Virus record (IMG/VR): IMGVR_UViG_3300027762_000009
Location: 474 to 64,473 of that record
Strand: one strand, 5' to 3'
Origin: a virus
Taxonomy: Duplodnaviria > Caudoviricetes
DNA: 64,000 nucleotides
How positions within the stretch are numbered: the first letter of the stretch is position 1; each line of letters begins with the position of its first letter. Shown in pieces: positions 37,692-49,050 of the stretch. Under the pieces are notes generated by a model that was given only the letters and a program-made list of their open reading frames with translations, was not told where the DNA came from and did no database searches. Position numbers and translations under genes: made by a program.

Positions 37692-40132
37692 GTACATTCT
37701 TACGCAGTAATTCGCAAAAGGCTCCAAATCGTAGCGAAGAGAAACCTTCGGCAATAAACCCACCTGGTACGTTAAACGATTTGCTAAATAGTTTAAATGT
37801 TGCCAATATTGATTTTAATGCCTTGCCCAGATCTGAATTAGCAGTCCTCCAACAGCTGCTTACGCCTAAAATGACTCAGTATATCCCACATGTGCCAACA
37901 CCTAAACAAGCAGCCTTCCTCCTTTTGGACTGCAAAGAGGCTTTTTATGGCGGAGCCGCTGGTGGGGGTAAGAGTGATGCTCTACTTATGGGAGGTTTGC
38001 AGTATGTAGATACTAAGGGATATGCTGGAATCATTTTTCGTAAATCGTATGCAGATTTAACAAAGCCTGGTGCTTTGATAGATAGAAGTAAAGAATGGTT
38101 ATTTAAGTTTAATGATGTACGATGGGTTGAAAAAGATAAGAAATTTGAATTCTTTAAAAAATATGGACCCCATACAGAAGTGTGGTCAATCCTTCAATTC
38201 GGATATTTGGAAACAGCTAATGACAAGTACAACTATCAGGGTCAACTTATTCACTGCCCTCCAGAGTAGTTGTATTACATAACCGGTATATGAGACGGTA
38301 TCTGGTATTGCGTGAACGCATGTAAAAGCGGTGTGCAAAAGACAAGAAGAGTAAACGGAGGTTGAAGAGTATGTCTTTTAAAGTAAATGAAATCCTAGGT
38401 GATATGCAAATTCTAAAAATTGATACAAAAAACAAAGCCCGACCTAAAGTCGTATTAAAATGTCAGATTTGTGGTTATGTAAGAACAATTGGCCAATCTG
38501 CTTTATATAGGGGTGTAGGTAGAACACATCAAGCCTGTATCCAGGCAATTCAAAAGAATTGTGTTCCCGAAGATAAAGATAAACTAGAACGTTTTAGACT
38601 AGTTTATCATCAGGCAGAACAACGTTGTAATAACCCAAACATAAGTAATTATATGAATTATGGTGGGCGGGGTATAAAAATGTTATTTAAAGATTATGCA
38701 CATTTTTATTGTGTTATGTGGTCCTCTTACAGAGAAGGTTTAACACTAGAAAGAAAAGACAATGAGGGACATTATACACCAGAGAATTGCTGTTGGGTAA
38801 CACGTAAAGAACAGGCTGTTAATAGGCGTACTAGTATAAAAATAATAGCTACTAAAGTAGCTACAGGTTATACTAAATACTATGCCACCATCACTGATTT
38901 TTTACAGGAAAACCAAATGTCTTTAAATATAGGTGGAAATATTAAAAATTGTATCGATAAACCAAATAGAACCTATCTAGGATGGAAATTTATAAGTGCT
39001 AACGGGGAACCCCCAAAGATGGAATCCCGTGCCAAGCCTATATAATAGGAAGGTGTAGAGACTAATTGTACACTAGGGATTAACACTAGTGGAAGTGCGC
39101 AAAGTAAAAAGAGATAGTCCGTACTAGGGTGAATATCAATTTGTAGGCTTTGATGAGTTAACACATATTGATATGAGTAATTATTTATATATGTTTTCTC
39201 GTATGAGAAGACTCAAGGGATCTAATGTACCATTGCGTGTTAGAGGGGGAAGTAATCCTCCTGACGATGATCAAGGTATTTGGGTTTATAATCGTTTTGT
39301 TAATCCAGAAACAAAGAAAGATGGTTTAATTTTTATTCCGGCAGGTATGGATGACAATCCATATCTTGATTCAGAAGAATATGAAAAGTCTCTTGAAGAA
39401 TTAGATCCCGTAACAAGGGCGCGTCTTCGCGACGGTGACTGGACTATTACACGTAAAGGCAATATGTTTAAACGAGGTTGGTTTGAAATAGTGGATAGTG
39501 CTCCTACTTATAGACGTAAAGTGCGTTTTTGGGATATGGCCGCTTCTGATGAAGAAAAGGCTAAAAAACGCAATAAGTCAAATGAACCGGATTATACGGT
39601 TGGGTTACTGATGAGTGAAGCAGCTGGAATTTATTACATAGAAGATATTATTCGTGTAAGAAAAAGGCCGGCTGAAACAGAACAATTACAAAAGATTACT
39701 TCGGTAACTGATGGGCATAATGTAGCTATTAGAGAAGAACAGGAGCCTGGTTCTTCTGGAATAACTACTATTGATATGAAGGCAAGAAATATTTTTGTTG
39801 GTTTCAACTATCAAGGAATTCGTTCTACAGGATCCAAGATTCTTAGAGCACAAGGATTTAGTGCCGCGGCAGAAAGAGGACAAGTTAAAATAGTAAGAGG
39901 CTGTAGACACATTGAGGAATTTTTTAATGAATTAGAAAGCTTCCCAGGCGGACTGCACGATGATATGGTTGATTCGGCCAGTGGAAGTTTTTCCGAATTA
40001 AAATTTATCCCTCAGGATACCGCTCCTTTGACTATAGAAAATTATGAAGGTTCTTATTGGGCTGATGAAGACACATTGGGCTCTGGTTATTTTAGAGATA
40101 TAAAATCTTTTGTTAGAAGGGAGGTTAGTTGA
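37688..40132 (+). CDS. terL: Terminase large subunit, two exons (37688-38242 and 39128-40132)
   Basis: [10 protein letters not shown] Walker A; splicing restores [16 protein letters not shown] (Walker B); RFWDMAAS and HDDMVDS nuclease motifs. Confidence 0.93.
38243..39127 (+). ncRNA. Group I self-splicing intron
   Basis: P1 AGGGU/GCCCU with U.G at the 5' splice site; P10 UAUUCAC pairs with exon 2 GUGAAUA; core ACGGG/CCCGU (P4), GUAGAGACUA / AUAGUCC (P7); terminal G. Confidence 0.9.
38371..39045 (+). CDS. Intron-encoded HNH homing endonuclease
   Basis: [41 protein letters not shown]. Confidence 0.88.
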   Translation: MSFKVNEILGDMQILKIDTKNKARPKVVLKCQICGYVRTIGQSALYRGVGRTHQACIQAIQKNCVPEDKDKLERFRLVYHQAEQRCNNPNISNYMNYGGRGIKMLFKDYAHFYCVMWSSYREGLTLERKDNEGHYTPENCCWVTRKEQAVNRRTSIKIIATKVATGYTKYYATITDFLQENQMSLNIGGNIKNCIDKPNRTYLGWKFISANGEPPKMESRAKPI

Positions 40133-41526
40133 TGGAAAATAAAATAAATAATGAAAAGGATATAAAACAAGCTCTCCCTAAAAAAGATTCTACTACATTT
40201 GCTGAATTCGGTACAACCGGTTTAAATAAATGGGGCGGCGATGTTTATGAAGAATTTCTTACTAATTTGCGCTGGCCACGAGCTGCTAAAGTATATAAAG
40301 AAATGAGCAGCAATGATCCAGTTGTAACGGCTATCTTATTATGTGCACGACAACTTATCAGAAAAGTTACTTGGACTGTTAAACCAGCATCCGATAAGAG
40401 AGCTGATAAGAAAGCGGCAGAGTTTTTAGATAGTTGTCGTTTGGACATGTCAATGACTTGGGAAGACTTAGTAGATGAAATAATTTCTTACTTTGAGTAC
40501 GGATGGTCTTTTCATGAAATAGTTTATAAAAAAAGAATGGGCTATCAAAAAGAAACCTCTAAAAATAGTAAATTTGATGATGGTTATATTGGTTGGCGTA
40601 AAATTGCCGGAAGATCACAAGAATCATGGGCCAAATGGTCTTTTAGTGCTGATGATGGTAATGTTGATGGATTATATCAAGATGTAGATAATAGACAGAT
40701 ATTTATCCCAATTGAAAAAGGACTTTTATTCAGAACTACAGCCGCCAGAGGTAATCCTGAAGGAAAATCTTTTCTACGTGGAGCTTATCGTCCCTGGTAT
40801 TTTAAAAAACATATAGAAGAAATTGAAGGTATAGGTATTGAAAGAGATTTAGCTGGGTTACCTGTACTGAAAACACCTGAAAATGTTGATATCTGGGATA
40901 CAGAAAATCCAAAAGCACGTCAAGCTAAGATAGCATCCGAGACCTTAGTACGAAGTATCCGAAGGGACAAAAATGAAGGAGTCGTTTTGCCATTCGGATG
41001 GGAATTACAATTATTAGCTTCTGGTAGTAGCAGACAATTTGATACGAGTACAATTATAAATAGATATGATCAACGTATTGCAATTACATTACTTGCTGAT
41101 ATTGTTATGTTAGGGGCAGATAAAGTAGGAAGTTTTGCTTTAGCTAATGTTAAGAAGAGTCTATTAGCAGCTGCTTTAGATGCTCAAGTGCAAAGTACTG
41201 TAAGTATATTTAATCGTTATGCAATTCCAAGATTATTTGCATTAAATCCTTTTGTAGGTTTATCAGGATTACCTGAATTACAAGCTTCTTCAGTTGAATC
41301 ACCTGACTTAAAAGATCTTGGAGATTATATCCAAAAATTATCCGGATCTAAAATGCCATTATTTCCAAATGTTAATCTTGAAGATTATCTTCTTACTGTG
41401 GCTAATTTACCTAAACCCACTGAGGAAGAAAGAGTTAAACAAGATAAATTAAGAGAAGCGGGTTTAGCCCCTAAAGAAGCAGACAAAGAAGAAGATAATA
41501 ATTCTAAGAAGGAGGATGATAAATAA
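40132..41526 (+). CDS. Portal protein
   Basis: Follows terL; GWSFHEIVY, NPEGKSFLRGAYRPW, IEGIGIERDLAGLP (DUF935-like). Confidence 0.88.
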   Translation: MENKINNEKDIKQALPKKDSTTFAEFGTTGLNKWGGDVYEEFLTNLRWPRAAKVYKEMSSNDPVVTAILLCARQLIRKVTWTVKPASDKRADKKAAEFLDSCRLDMSMTWEDLVDEIISYFEYGWSFHEIVYKKRMGYQKETSKNSKFDDGYIGWRKIAGRSQESWAKWSFSADDGNVDGLYQDVDNRQIFIPIEKGLLFRTTAARGNPEGKSFLRGAYRPWYFKKHIEEIEGIGIERDLAGLPVLKTPENVDIWDTENPKARQAKIASETLVRSIRRDKNEGVVLPFGWELQLLASGSSRQFDTSTIINRYDQRIAITLLADIVMLGADKVGSFALANVKKSLLAAALDAQVQSTVSIFNRYAIPRLFALNPFVGLSGLPELQASSVESPDLKDLGDYIQKLSGSKMPLFPNVNLEDYLLTVANLPKPTEEERVKQDKLREAGLAPKEADKEEDNNSKKEDDK

Positions 41527-42905
41527 TGACTGATAAATATGTACGACAGATATTAAGATATTTAGTAGGCGATGGTGGTCCATCGGTAACGGCTAATGCT
41601 ACGGGTAATTTATTTCAAAGACTAGAAGCCGTATTATCAGGCGATGGAACAGAAAGTGCCAAATTAGATGCAATAAAAGTAGTAGCAGACCTTATTTCTA
41701 GTAAAATAGGTATTCCTACTGGATCTAGTTTAGCGGCGGATTTAGGTAATGCATTAGCTAATATCTTAGGAACACCCACATCAGGGACATTAGCAGATGG
41801 CATTGAAGCGCTACAAACAAACTTGGATGTAATTGAAGGTGATGTGTCTCTTGGGAATATAGCTACTAGTGGTACTACTTCTACGATAGTAAATTCAACT
41901 GCCCCTTGGGTACCTAATGAGCATGTAGGTAAAATGTTAAAGTTTAGTGTTATGGATCAAATTGCTGATGTTCCTTTTACCAGAACGGTTCTTAGTAATA
42001 CAGCAGATACCATTACGTTTGCCCCAAGACTTCCCGGATCTGTTGCTACAGCAGTAGTAGGTGAAATATTAGCAGGTCAAGTAACAATAGCTACAGTAGC
42101 TGAATCTTTTGCGGCTAATGATTATGTTGTAGAATTCGTTGCTGGTGTTGGAAACAATATACCTTTATCAGCTGCTTTTGCAAATGATGTATTGACTGTT
42201 ACTTTAGCTACTGACGGAGCTGGAGCACTTGATGCTGGAGTTAATACGGCTACAGCAATAGCAGCTGCTATTGATCTTTTGCCCGAATTTAGTGCAACCA
42301 TGACTGGCGCTGGAGGTCCAATGATAGCCACTGTGGTGCCAATAGAGTTTAGTGGTGGTGTAGATACAATGGTAGTTGCTGGGGCAACTAGTTTTACTAT
42401 TGTAAAAACTCCAGACTATTATTTCCTAAATACTATAAAAACTATATTAGGGGCAACTAATGATTTTGCTGTAGATAAAACCGTTTTAGGATATTTTAAT
42501 AGTCTTTATCAACACGTACACAATAAGGCAATAGTTTTCCCAACTTTGGCAGCTGGAAAAGTTGTAACAGGCGGAGTTGCCGCATGGGCGGAAGGTGCGG
42601 CAGTTGAAATAATTGGAACTGCCACAGCGCCCTTTGCGACGAATGCATTTGATATTCATTGGATTAATTTTGAAGCGGCTTCGGCAAATGATACATATGA
42701 ATTATCTTTGTATTCTGGCGCCGATGCTTCAGTTGAAATCGGAAGAGTTAGAACCACTAAATATTCAAACACAGATGGCGTTGTAAGTGTACCAATTCAG
42801 ATTCCAGCGCAAGCAGCAGGAACTAAAATATCCGCAAAAGTAGCTTCTGCTGGTGGCGGAGAAGATACTGTTACTATTTCTGTTTATGCTCATTTATATA
42901 GTTAA
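41526..42905 (+). CDS. Ala/Gly/Thr-rich putative virion structural or decoration protein
   Basis: Lies between portal and protease; beta-rich low-complexity composition. Confidence 0.55.
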   Translation: MTDKYVRQILRYLVGDGGPSVTANATGNLFQRLEAVLSGDGTESAKLDAIKVVADLISSKIGIPTGSSLAADLGNALANILGTPTSGTLADGIEALQTNLDVIEGDVSLGNIATSGTTSTIVNSTAPWVPNEHVGKMLKFSVMDQIADVPFTRTVLSNTADTITFAPRLPGSVATAVVGEILAGQVTIATVAESFAANDYVVEFVAGVGNNIPLSAAFANDVLTVTLATDGAGALDAGVNTATAIAAAIDLLPEFSATMTGAGGPMIATVVPIEFSGGVDTMVVAGATSFTIVKTPDYYFLNTIKTILGATNDFAVDKTVLGYFNSLYQHVHNKAIVFPTLAAGKVVTGGVAAWAEGAAVEIIGTATAPFATNAFDIHWINFEAASANDTYELSLYSGADASVEIGRVRTTKYSNTDGVVSVPIQIPAQAAGTKISAKVASAGGGEDTVTISVYAHLYS

Positions 42906-42918
42906 GGAGGTGAATTAA

Positions 42919-44250
42919 TTGGCTAAAAAAGTAAAGATTAAAGGGGTCATCATTTCAAATGAATGGAAAGGTATATATGATTGGTTCGGTTATGATTCTA
43001 CATGTCCAAAAGATATAGAAGATGCATTAGATATCGCGCAAGGAGCTGATATCGAAATGGATATTAACTCTGGTGGAGGGGATGTTTATGCCGGATCTGA
43101 GATATATTCCTTACTTAAAAGCTATAAAGGTAACATCACCGGTAGAATAGTTGGAATTGCTGCTAGTGCAGCAAGTGTTATAGGTATGGGATGTACTAAA
43201 TTAGTTATGGCTCCTACAGCACAAATTATGATTCACAATGTATCCTCCGGGGCATATGGAGATTATAGAAATTTACAACATAATGCGGATGTTCTTAAAG
43301 GCTGGAATACAAGTATCGCCAATGCCTATCAGTTAAAAACGGGGATGGAACAAAAAGATCTTCTAAAGCTTATGGATAAAGAAACATGGATGACTGCCCA
43401 ACAAGCTTTAGAGAGTAAGTTCATTGATGAAGTAATGTTTGATCAAAGTAATCGATTAGCTGCCTCTTTTGGTTCAGCAGCTTATGATGAAATGATTCCT
43501 ACTAAAATTTTAGATAAGCTACGTAATAGTGGCTTACTGAAAGATAAAATGCAATTCATTTTAGAAAATAATGTACAGGAAGGAGTGAAAGGTGTGAATT
43601 TTGAGGATATTTTGGCAAAATTGTCGGATGAAGAAAAACAATTTCTTCAAGATCATATTGCAACGACTGTAAGTAATACTGTTACCACAAGTACAGCTAC
43701 ATTACAAGAGGAAAAGACAACTTTAGAAAATTCAAATGCTGAACTTCAAGCTAAGTTAGAAGCTATTCCTCAGCCGGAACCAACACAAGATGATGTTCTT
43801 GCAAATGCTTCCCCAGAAATAAAAGCATTGTTAGACGATGCTAATAGGAAAGCAATGGAAGCTGAAGCAAATCTTCAGCAAATGCAGGATGAAAAAGAAC
43901 TTAGTACATTCGTGGCAGAGGCTCAGGCATATGACAAACTTCCCATTAATGCTACAGAATTTGGGCCAGTACTTAGAAATTTTGCTAAGGCTGATTCAGA
44001 GGGATTTGAAAAATTACGTGCGTTACTAACAGCTGTAAATAACGCTACAGAAACAGGTGCTATATTTAGTAATAAAGGAAGTAACAAACCTGTTGAAGGT
44101 AATAATGCTTGGGAAAAAATTCAATCGTTAGTTAAAACAGCTATGGAAAATAATTCTAAAATAAGTCAACCAGATGCAATGCTAAACGTAATCAAAGAAA
44201 ATCCTGAGCTATATCAGGAATATTTAAAAGAAATGGAGGGTGATGAATAA
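42919..44250 (+). CDS. ClpP-type prohead protease fused to a scaffold domain
   Basis: INSGGGDV, GIAASAASVI, IMIHN, ETWMTAQQA; coiled-coil C-terminus. Confidence 0.9.
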   Translation: MAKKVKIKGVIISNEWKGIYDWFGYDSTCPKDIEDALDIAQGADIEMDINSGGGDVYAGSEIYSLLKSYKGNITGRIVGIAASAASVIGMGCTKLVMAPTAQIMIHNVSSGAYGDYRNLQHNADVLKGWNTSIANAYQLKTGMEQKDLLKLMDKETWMTAQQALESKFIDEVMFDQSNRLAASFGSAAYDEMIPTKILDKLRNSGLLKDKMQFILENNVQEGVKGVNFEDILAKLSDEEKQFLQDHIATTVSNTVTTSTATLQEEKTTLENSNAELQAKLEAIPQPEPTQDDVLANASPEIKALLDDANRKAMEAEANLQQMQDEKELSTFVAEAQAYDKLPINATEFGPVLRNFAKADSEGFEKLRALLTAVNNATETGAIFSNKGSNKPVEGNNAWEKIQSLVKTAMENNSKISQPDAMLNVIKENPELYQEYLKEMEGDE

Positions 44251-45017
44251 TGAAAGGTGATATGCCTGTACAAAACATTACATTGTTAGCTGATGCTAAT
44301 TGCTCAGCTAAAAGATATTACGCTGTTAAAGTTGCAGCTGATGGGCAATTTGAGGTAGCCGGAGCTGGTGACAATGCTATAGGTATCCTACAGAATACAC
44401 CAGAAGCAGGCCAAGCAGGACAAATTATGTGCTTAGGTGTTTCTTATGCAGTTTATGGTGGTATCGTAACTGCGGGACAAAATCTAAAAGCAGATGCGGC
44501 TGGAAAATTAGTTACAGCAGGTGGCACTGATGCTGTTGTTGCCGTAGCTCTTGAATCTGGTGTAGAAAATGATATACATCCAGTAGTTCTTGTTACAAGA
44601 ACAGCTTGTGGTGTAGCGGGAATTTCCGCTGGTTATACTACATTAGCTTTCCCTGTAACTCTCAGTGAAATGGATAATGTGGCAATTGTTACAAATTACG
44701 TACCAGGGTTTGCAGGCCAAATTGTAAAAACTGCTTACGTAGCTAATGTACCTACAACTGATGCAGCTGATAGTAATTTTACAATTACTCCGTCCGTTGT
44801 AGGAGTTGGTAACGTAACAGGGGGTGTTGTTACTCTTGACGTAGGTGCAGCTGGAACAGACCCTGACACTAAAGGTAAAGTTATTAACGGGACAGCTATT
44901 ACAGCTACTAATACCTTTACAAATGTACAAGGTATTACATTAACTGTTAATAACACATCTAATGCATTTGCTGATGGTACTGGTACAGTACTAGTTACTT
45001 TAAAAGTAACCGCTTAA
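44250..45017 (+). CDS. Capsid cement/decoration protein (DUF2190-like) with an extra domain
   Basis: Position before the MCP; AIGIL..G..V.G..LKADAAGK..VALE pattern. Confidence 0.75.
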   Translation: MKGDMPVQNITLLADANCSAKRYYAVKVAADGQFEVAGAGDNAIGILQNTPEAGQAGQIMCLGVSYAVYGGIVTAGQNLKADAAGKLVTAGGTDAVVAVALESGVENDIHPVVLVTRTACGVAGISAGYTTLAFPVTLSEMDNVAIVTNYVPGFAGQIVKTAYVANVPTTDAADSNFTITPSVVGVGNVTGGVVTLDVGAAGTDPDTKGKVINGTAITATNTFTNVQGITLTVNNTSNAFADGTGTVLVTLKVTA

Positions 45018-45047
45018 TAAATAATAATTGAGAGGAGAGTGAAGGAT

Positions 45048-46025
45048 ATGCCAACTAGGCAACAAACACATATTGATAGAGCGTTAACAAATATCAGTAT
45101 TAAATATATGAATGAACCTTCAGCATATATTGCAGATAAGGTATTTCCGGTAGTACCTGTTAATAAACAGTCAGATAGATACTTCATGTATAAGAAAGAG
45201 GATTGGTTCAGAGATGATGCAGAAGAAAGAGCATTAGGAACTGAATCAGCTGGCGGCGACTATGATATCGATAATACACCTACTTATTTTTGTAGGAAGT
45301 ATGCATATCATAAAGATGTGTTCGAAGAAGATAGAACAAATTCAGATGATCCATTAACTCCTGATACAGATGCAACTGAGTTTGTATCCGACAAATTGTT
45401 ACTAAGAAGAGAAATCCACTGGGCTTCTAGATTCTTTGTAACTGGTGTTTGGGGAAATGAATTCACTGGTGTTTCAGCCGGACCTAACGCATCACAAGTT
45501 CTTCAATGGAATGATGCAAATTCAACTCCAATTGAAGATATCACAAATAAAGCAACTTTAATCCAGTCAACAACAGGAAAAAGACCTAACAAATTGGTTA
45601 TTAGCCAATATGTATTTGACCAATTGAAAAATCACCCTGATATACTTGATAGAATCAAGTATACACAAAAAGGTGTGGTAACTTTAGATCTTTTAGCTAT
45701 GTTGTTCGAAGTAGAACAAGTTCTCGTTGCTGGAGCAATTAAAAATTCAGCTAACAAAGGACAAAATGCGTCTATGGATTTCATCATGGGTAAACATGCA
45801 TTACTTTGCTATACTGTAGCTAGTCCATCATTAAAGAAAGCAACGGCAGGATATACATTCGCATGGAAAGGCTTACTGGGAGCCAATGCTGTGGGTGGAA
45901 GAATCCTTAGAATTCCTGTGCCTCTATTAGGTGAAGGAACAGAAAGAATCGAAGGCGAAATGGCTTGGGACATGAAAATTGTTGCAGCTGACCTTGGTAC
46001 TTTCTTTAAGGATGTTGTAGCTTAA
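45048..46025 (+). CDS. Major capsid protein
   Basis: LTNISIKY..IADKVFPVVPV, LKNHPDILDRIKY; 325 aa. Confidence 0.9.
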   Translation: MPTRQQTHIDRALTNISIKYMNEPSAYIADKVFPVVPVNKQSDRYFMYKKEDWFRDDAEERALGTESAGGDYDIDNTPTYFCRKYAYHKDVFEEDRTNSDDPLTPDTDATEFVSDKLLLRREIHWASRFFVTGVWGNEFTGVSAGPNASQVLQWNDANSTPIEDITNKATLIQSTTGKRPNKLVISQYVFDQLKNHPDILDRIKYTQKGVVTLDLLAMLFEVEQVLVAGAIKNSANKGQNASMDFIMGKHALLCYTVASPSLKKATAGYTFAWKGLLGANAVGGRILRIPVPLLGEGTERIEGEMAWDMKIVAADLGTFFKDVVA

Positions 46026-46339
46026 TGCCGCAACGTTATCAAGTAGCAAGAAAATACGTCAGACATAAAGGTAAGATATATTCCGAAGGAGATCTCCTTC
46101 CTGAGAATTTTACAGAAAGAGATCGAATGAGGAATCTATATTCAAGAAGGCTCACTCTAATAGAAATATTAGATGGGCCTTTAGGCTTACCTAATATTGT
46201 ATCAGAATTAAATACAGAAGATGTGCCCAATAAAGAAACAGCGGTAGATAGTTCCGAAATTCAAAGCGAAAAGACTTCTGTATTAAAAAACCCAACTGGT
46301 ACGAAGGGCGTAGCTAGTAGATTCCCAGTAAAAAAATAG
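46025..46339 (+). CDS. Head-associated hypothetical protein
   Basis: HKGKIYSEGD motif directly after the MCP. Confidence 0.6.
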   Translation: MPQRYQVARKYVRHKGKIYSEGDLLPENFTERDRMRNLYSRRLTLIEILDGPLGLPNIVSELNTEDVPNKETAVDSSEIQSEKTSVLKNPTGTKGVASRFPVKK

Positions 46340-46351
46340 GAGGTGATATTC

Positions 46352-46741
46352 ATGGCTTGGACATACGTTCCAGCACAGCTAAGTACTAGTCAGTTATATC
46401 AAGTAAGATTTCTGATTGGCGACACTGATACTAATGATCAACTTTTACAAGATGAAGAGATTAATTTTCAAATTAGTCAAATAGGTTCGGTTAATGGAGC
46501 AGCTGTTGCATGCTGTGAGAATATTGCTTCTAAATTTGCACGACAAGCTGATTATTCATTAGGGCCTTATGCAATTAAAGCTAGTCAGAAAGCAATGAGA
46601 TATTTAGAACTTTGTGACAAATTAAAAAGAAATAGTATTGCATGTAACAGTCCTTATTTTTATGATCCAAGTAGAATAATCTTCGATGTAGATATGATGA
46701 ATTATGATGGAGTGGATGAACATGATGATGGGGAGGTATAA
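46352..46741 (+). CDS. Head-tail adaptor
   Basis: VRFLIGDTD..LLQDEEI. Confidence 0.8.
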   Translation: MAWTYVPAQLSTSQLYQVRFLIGDTDTNDQLLQDEEINFQISQIGSVNGAAVACCENIASKFARQADYSLGPYAIKASQKAMRYLELCDKLKRNSIACNSPYFYDPSRIIFDVDMMNYDGVDEHDDGEV

Positions 46742-46743
46742 GT

Positions 46744-47073
46744 ATGGATGCTCAAGTTAGACGAAGCATGTTACGATTCCCTATCCAATGGCAATCACTT
46801 ACAAGTGTAAATGGGGCAGGCGAGAAGACATATGCGACAGCTGTAACATTGAATAGTTATCCAGTAGGAAAAATAGTTATGTTAACTAATCGATTCGGTG
46901 ATAAGGTCGTATCAACCAAACACTTTTACATTGATGCTTCAAATGTGTCTCAAATTAAAGTTGATGATTTAATTCAAGCTAGTGATTCATCATTAAAATA
47001 TCCTATTTTAGCTATAGAATTATTTTACAAAGAAAATAATATGCTAGATTATGGGGTGGTGTATTTAAAATGA
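46744..47073 (+). CDS. Head closure protein
   Basis: Synteny, size, NGAGEKTY motif. Confidence 0.65.
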   Translation: MDAQVRRSMLRFPIQWQSLTSVNGAGEKTYATAVTLNSYPVGKIVMLTNRFGDKVVSTKHFYIDASNVSQIKVDDLIQASDSSLKYPILAIELFYKENNMLDYGVVYLK

Positions 47074-47711
47074 AAGCAATGGATCTTAGGTTTGAATGGA
47101 GTCCTAAAATGACCCAAGATATGATGAAAAATATCTTGGCTACACGTGAATTGGCTTTATTAGGGGCATATGTAGGTATTGATTATTTGATGGAAGATGT
47201 TTATCTTAAAGCTAAAATGAGTTGTCCTATAGATACAGGAGCATTGTTGGCTAGTTTGTATAAAGAAATTGAGGTAGATGGTTTTGTTGCAAATGCTCAT
47301 GTAGGGCATGGAGGAAAATATGATCAGCGAAATCCTGATACGGGTATGCTAACAGATGCTTATGCGATAGAAAGACATGAATTTCTTGGAACATCTGCCA
47401 AAGCTCGTAGGAGTGGGGGTACTTCTAAATGGCTAGAAAAAGCTTTTAATAACATCAAGCCTTATGGTATGATGGTATTAAAAGAACATATAGCAGCTGC
47501 TTTAGAAGGTAAAAGTAATGATACATTAACAGGAAACATTAGAATAGGATTGCGGTCTATAGCAAAGCGTAAAATAGCTAAATCTTATAGACAACCAAGA
47601 TTTAATAATGCAGGAAAAAGTGGGATAGAAAAAGCCAATGCTAAAACTCTTAATACCTTAAAAAAGATTGAACGTAGAATGAAAGATTATTATGGGAAGA
47701 AAGGGAGGTAA
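47070..47711 (+). CDS. HK97 gp10-like tail completion protein
   Basis: CPIDTGALLAS, YAIERHE, KWLEKA. Confidence 0.75.
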   Translation: MKAMDLRFEWSPKMTQDMMKNILATRELALLGAYVGIDYLMEDVYLKAKMSCPIDTGALLASLYKEIEVDGFVANAHVGHGGKYDQRNPDTGMLTDAYAIERHEFLGTSAKARRSGGTSKWLEKAFNNIKPYGMMVLKEHIAAALEGKSNDTLTGNIRIGLRSIAKRKIAKSYRQPRFNNAGKSGIEKANAKTLNTLKKIERRMKDYYGKKGR

Positions 47712-47716
47712 TATCT

Positions 47717-48109
47717 ATGGGATTATTACAAGACATACAAACTTATATAATAGCAGCACATTATGCTACGGCTGATGGGACTGATATTTTTAGAGATTAT
47801 ACTCCTGATGAACCTGATAATATAATCATTCTTAATGAGTATGATTCAGTTCCTTCTTTTTATCGTGGTGTAATGATGGGAATTAGGTATGTACAAATTG
47901 TAGTACGCAATACTTCAGCAACTACTGCTAAAACAAAGGCAGATGCTCTGTATCATTTATTCAATGATTCAGAGGAAAATATATTAAATATTACTGCTAG
48001 TAGACCAGCAGTAATTACACCAAAGCAAATGCCTTTTAAGATAACAGTAGATGAACGACAAAGAGTTTTATATGGTTTTAATTTAGCAATAATGACAAAA
48101 ATAGATTGA
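47717..48109 (+). CDS. Tail terminator
   Basis: PDEPD, VQIVVR, DERQR; precedes the tail tube gene. Confidence 0.75.
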   Translation: MGLLQDIQTYIIAAHYATADGTDIFRDYTPDEPDNIIILNEYDSVPSFYRGVMMGIRYVQIVVRNTSATTAKTKADALYHLFNDSEENILNITASRPAVITPKQMPFKITVDERQRVLYGFNLAIMTKID

Positions 48110-48122
48110 GAGGAGTGTTTAT

Positions 48123-49010
48123 ATGGCGGTACAAGTAGGTTTAAAAGATTTATATTATGCACTATTAAATACTGACCCTGTTGGAGGTACGCCTACCTAT
48201 GCAGCACCAGTAAGAATAGTAGGTGCAATTAAAGCAAGCATAAACCCAAATACATCATCTGAAACTTTATATGCTGATGATGGTCCATCAGAAACAGCAA
48301 CTACATTAGGTAAAATTGATTTAGAGTTAAATGTTGTTGATGTAGATTTAGATACACAAGCAACTCTTTTAGGACATACTCTTGCAGGAGGAGTGCTTAT
48401 CAGAAAATCAGCTGATACACCTCCTTATGTAGCAATAGGTTTTAGAACATTAAAATCTAATGGAAAATACAGATACACTTGGTTAGCTAAAGGTAAGTTT
48501 GAACTTTCTGAACAAGCTAACGAAACAAAAGGTGAATCAGTTAATTTCCAAACACCAACATTAAAGGGATCTTTTGTTAAAAGAGATGCGGATGATGAAT
48601 GGGAAAGACATATTGATGAAGATCATGTAGATTATATCGCAGCTATGGGAAGCGCTTGGTTCACTAGTCCATTACAATCAGGTGATACTACACCACCTAC
48701 AATTTCTTCTTACTTACCTATAGATGGAGCAGTAGGACAAGCCGTTGATGTAAATATGGTTATCACTTTCAGTGAAGCTATGGCTCTTTCTACACTAACT
48801 ACAGATAATATCTTCATCACCAAGGTATCTGATGGAGCTCCTGTGGCAGCCGCATTAACAGTTAATGCAGGTAGAACAGAAGTAACAGTTAACCCAACTA
48901 ATAATTTAAGTGGCGGTACAGAATATCGTGTTAATATCACCACAGCGGTTAAAGATGTTTATGGTAATAAATTGGCAGCACATGCACATAGTGAATTTAC
49001 TACTACTTAG
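48123..49010 (+). CDS. Major tail protein (phi13-like) with C-terminal Ig-like domain
   Basis: GLKDLYYA, LYADDG, PPYVAIGFR, KGKF; DTTPPTI..ITFSE..VKDVYGN. Confidence 0.9.
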   Translation: MAVQVGLKDLYYALLNTDPVGGTPTYAAPVRIVGAIKASINPNTSSETLYADDGPSETATTLGKIDLELNVVDVDLDTQATLLGHTLAGGVLIRKSADTPPYVAIGFRTLKSNGKYRYTWLAKGKFELSEQANETKGESVNFQTPTLKGSFVKRDADDEWERHIDEDHVDYIAAMGSAWFTSPLQSGDTTPPTISSYLPIDGAVGQAVDVNMVITFSEAMALSTLTTDNIFITKVSDGAPVAAALTVNAGRTEVTVNPTNNLSGGTEYRVNITTAVKDVYGNKLAAHAHSEFTTT

Positions 49011-49050
49011 TAGTTAGCAATACTTTAAAAAATAAAAGGAGGAAGGCTGT

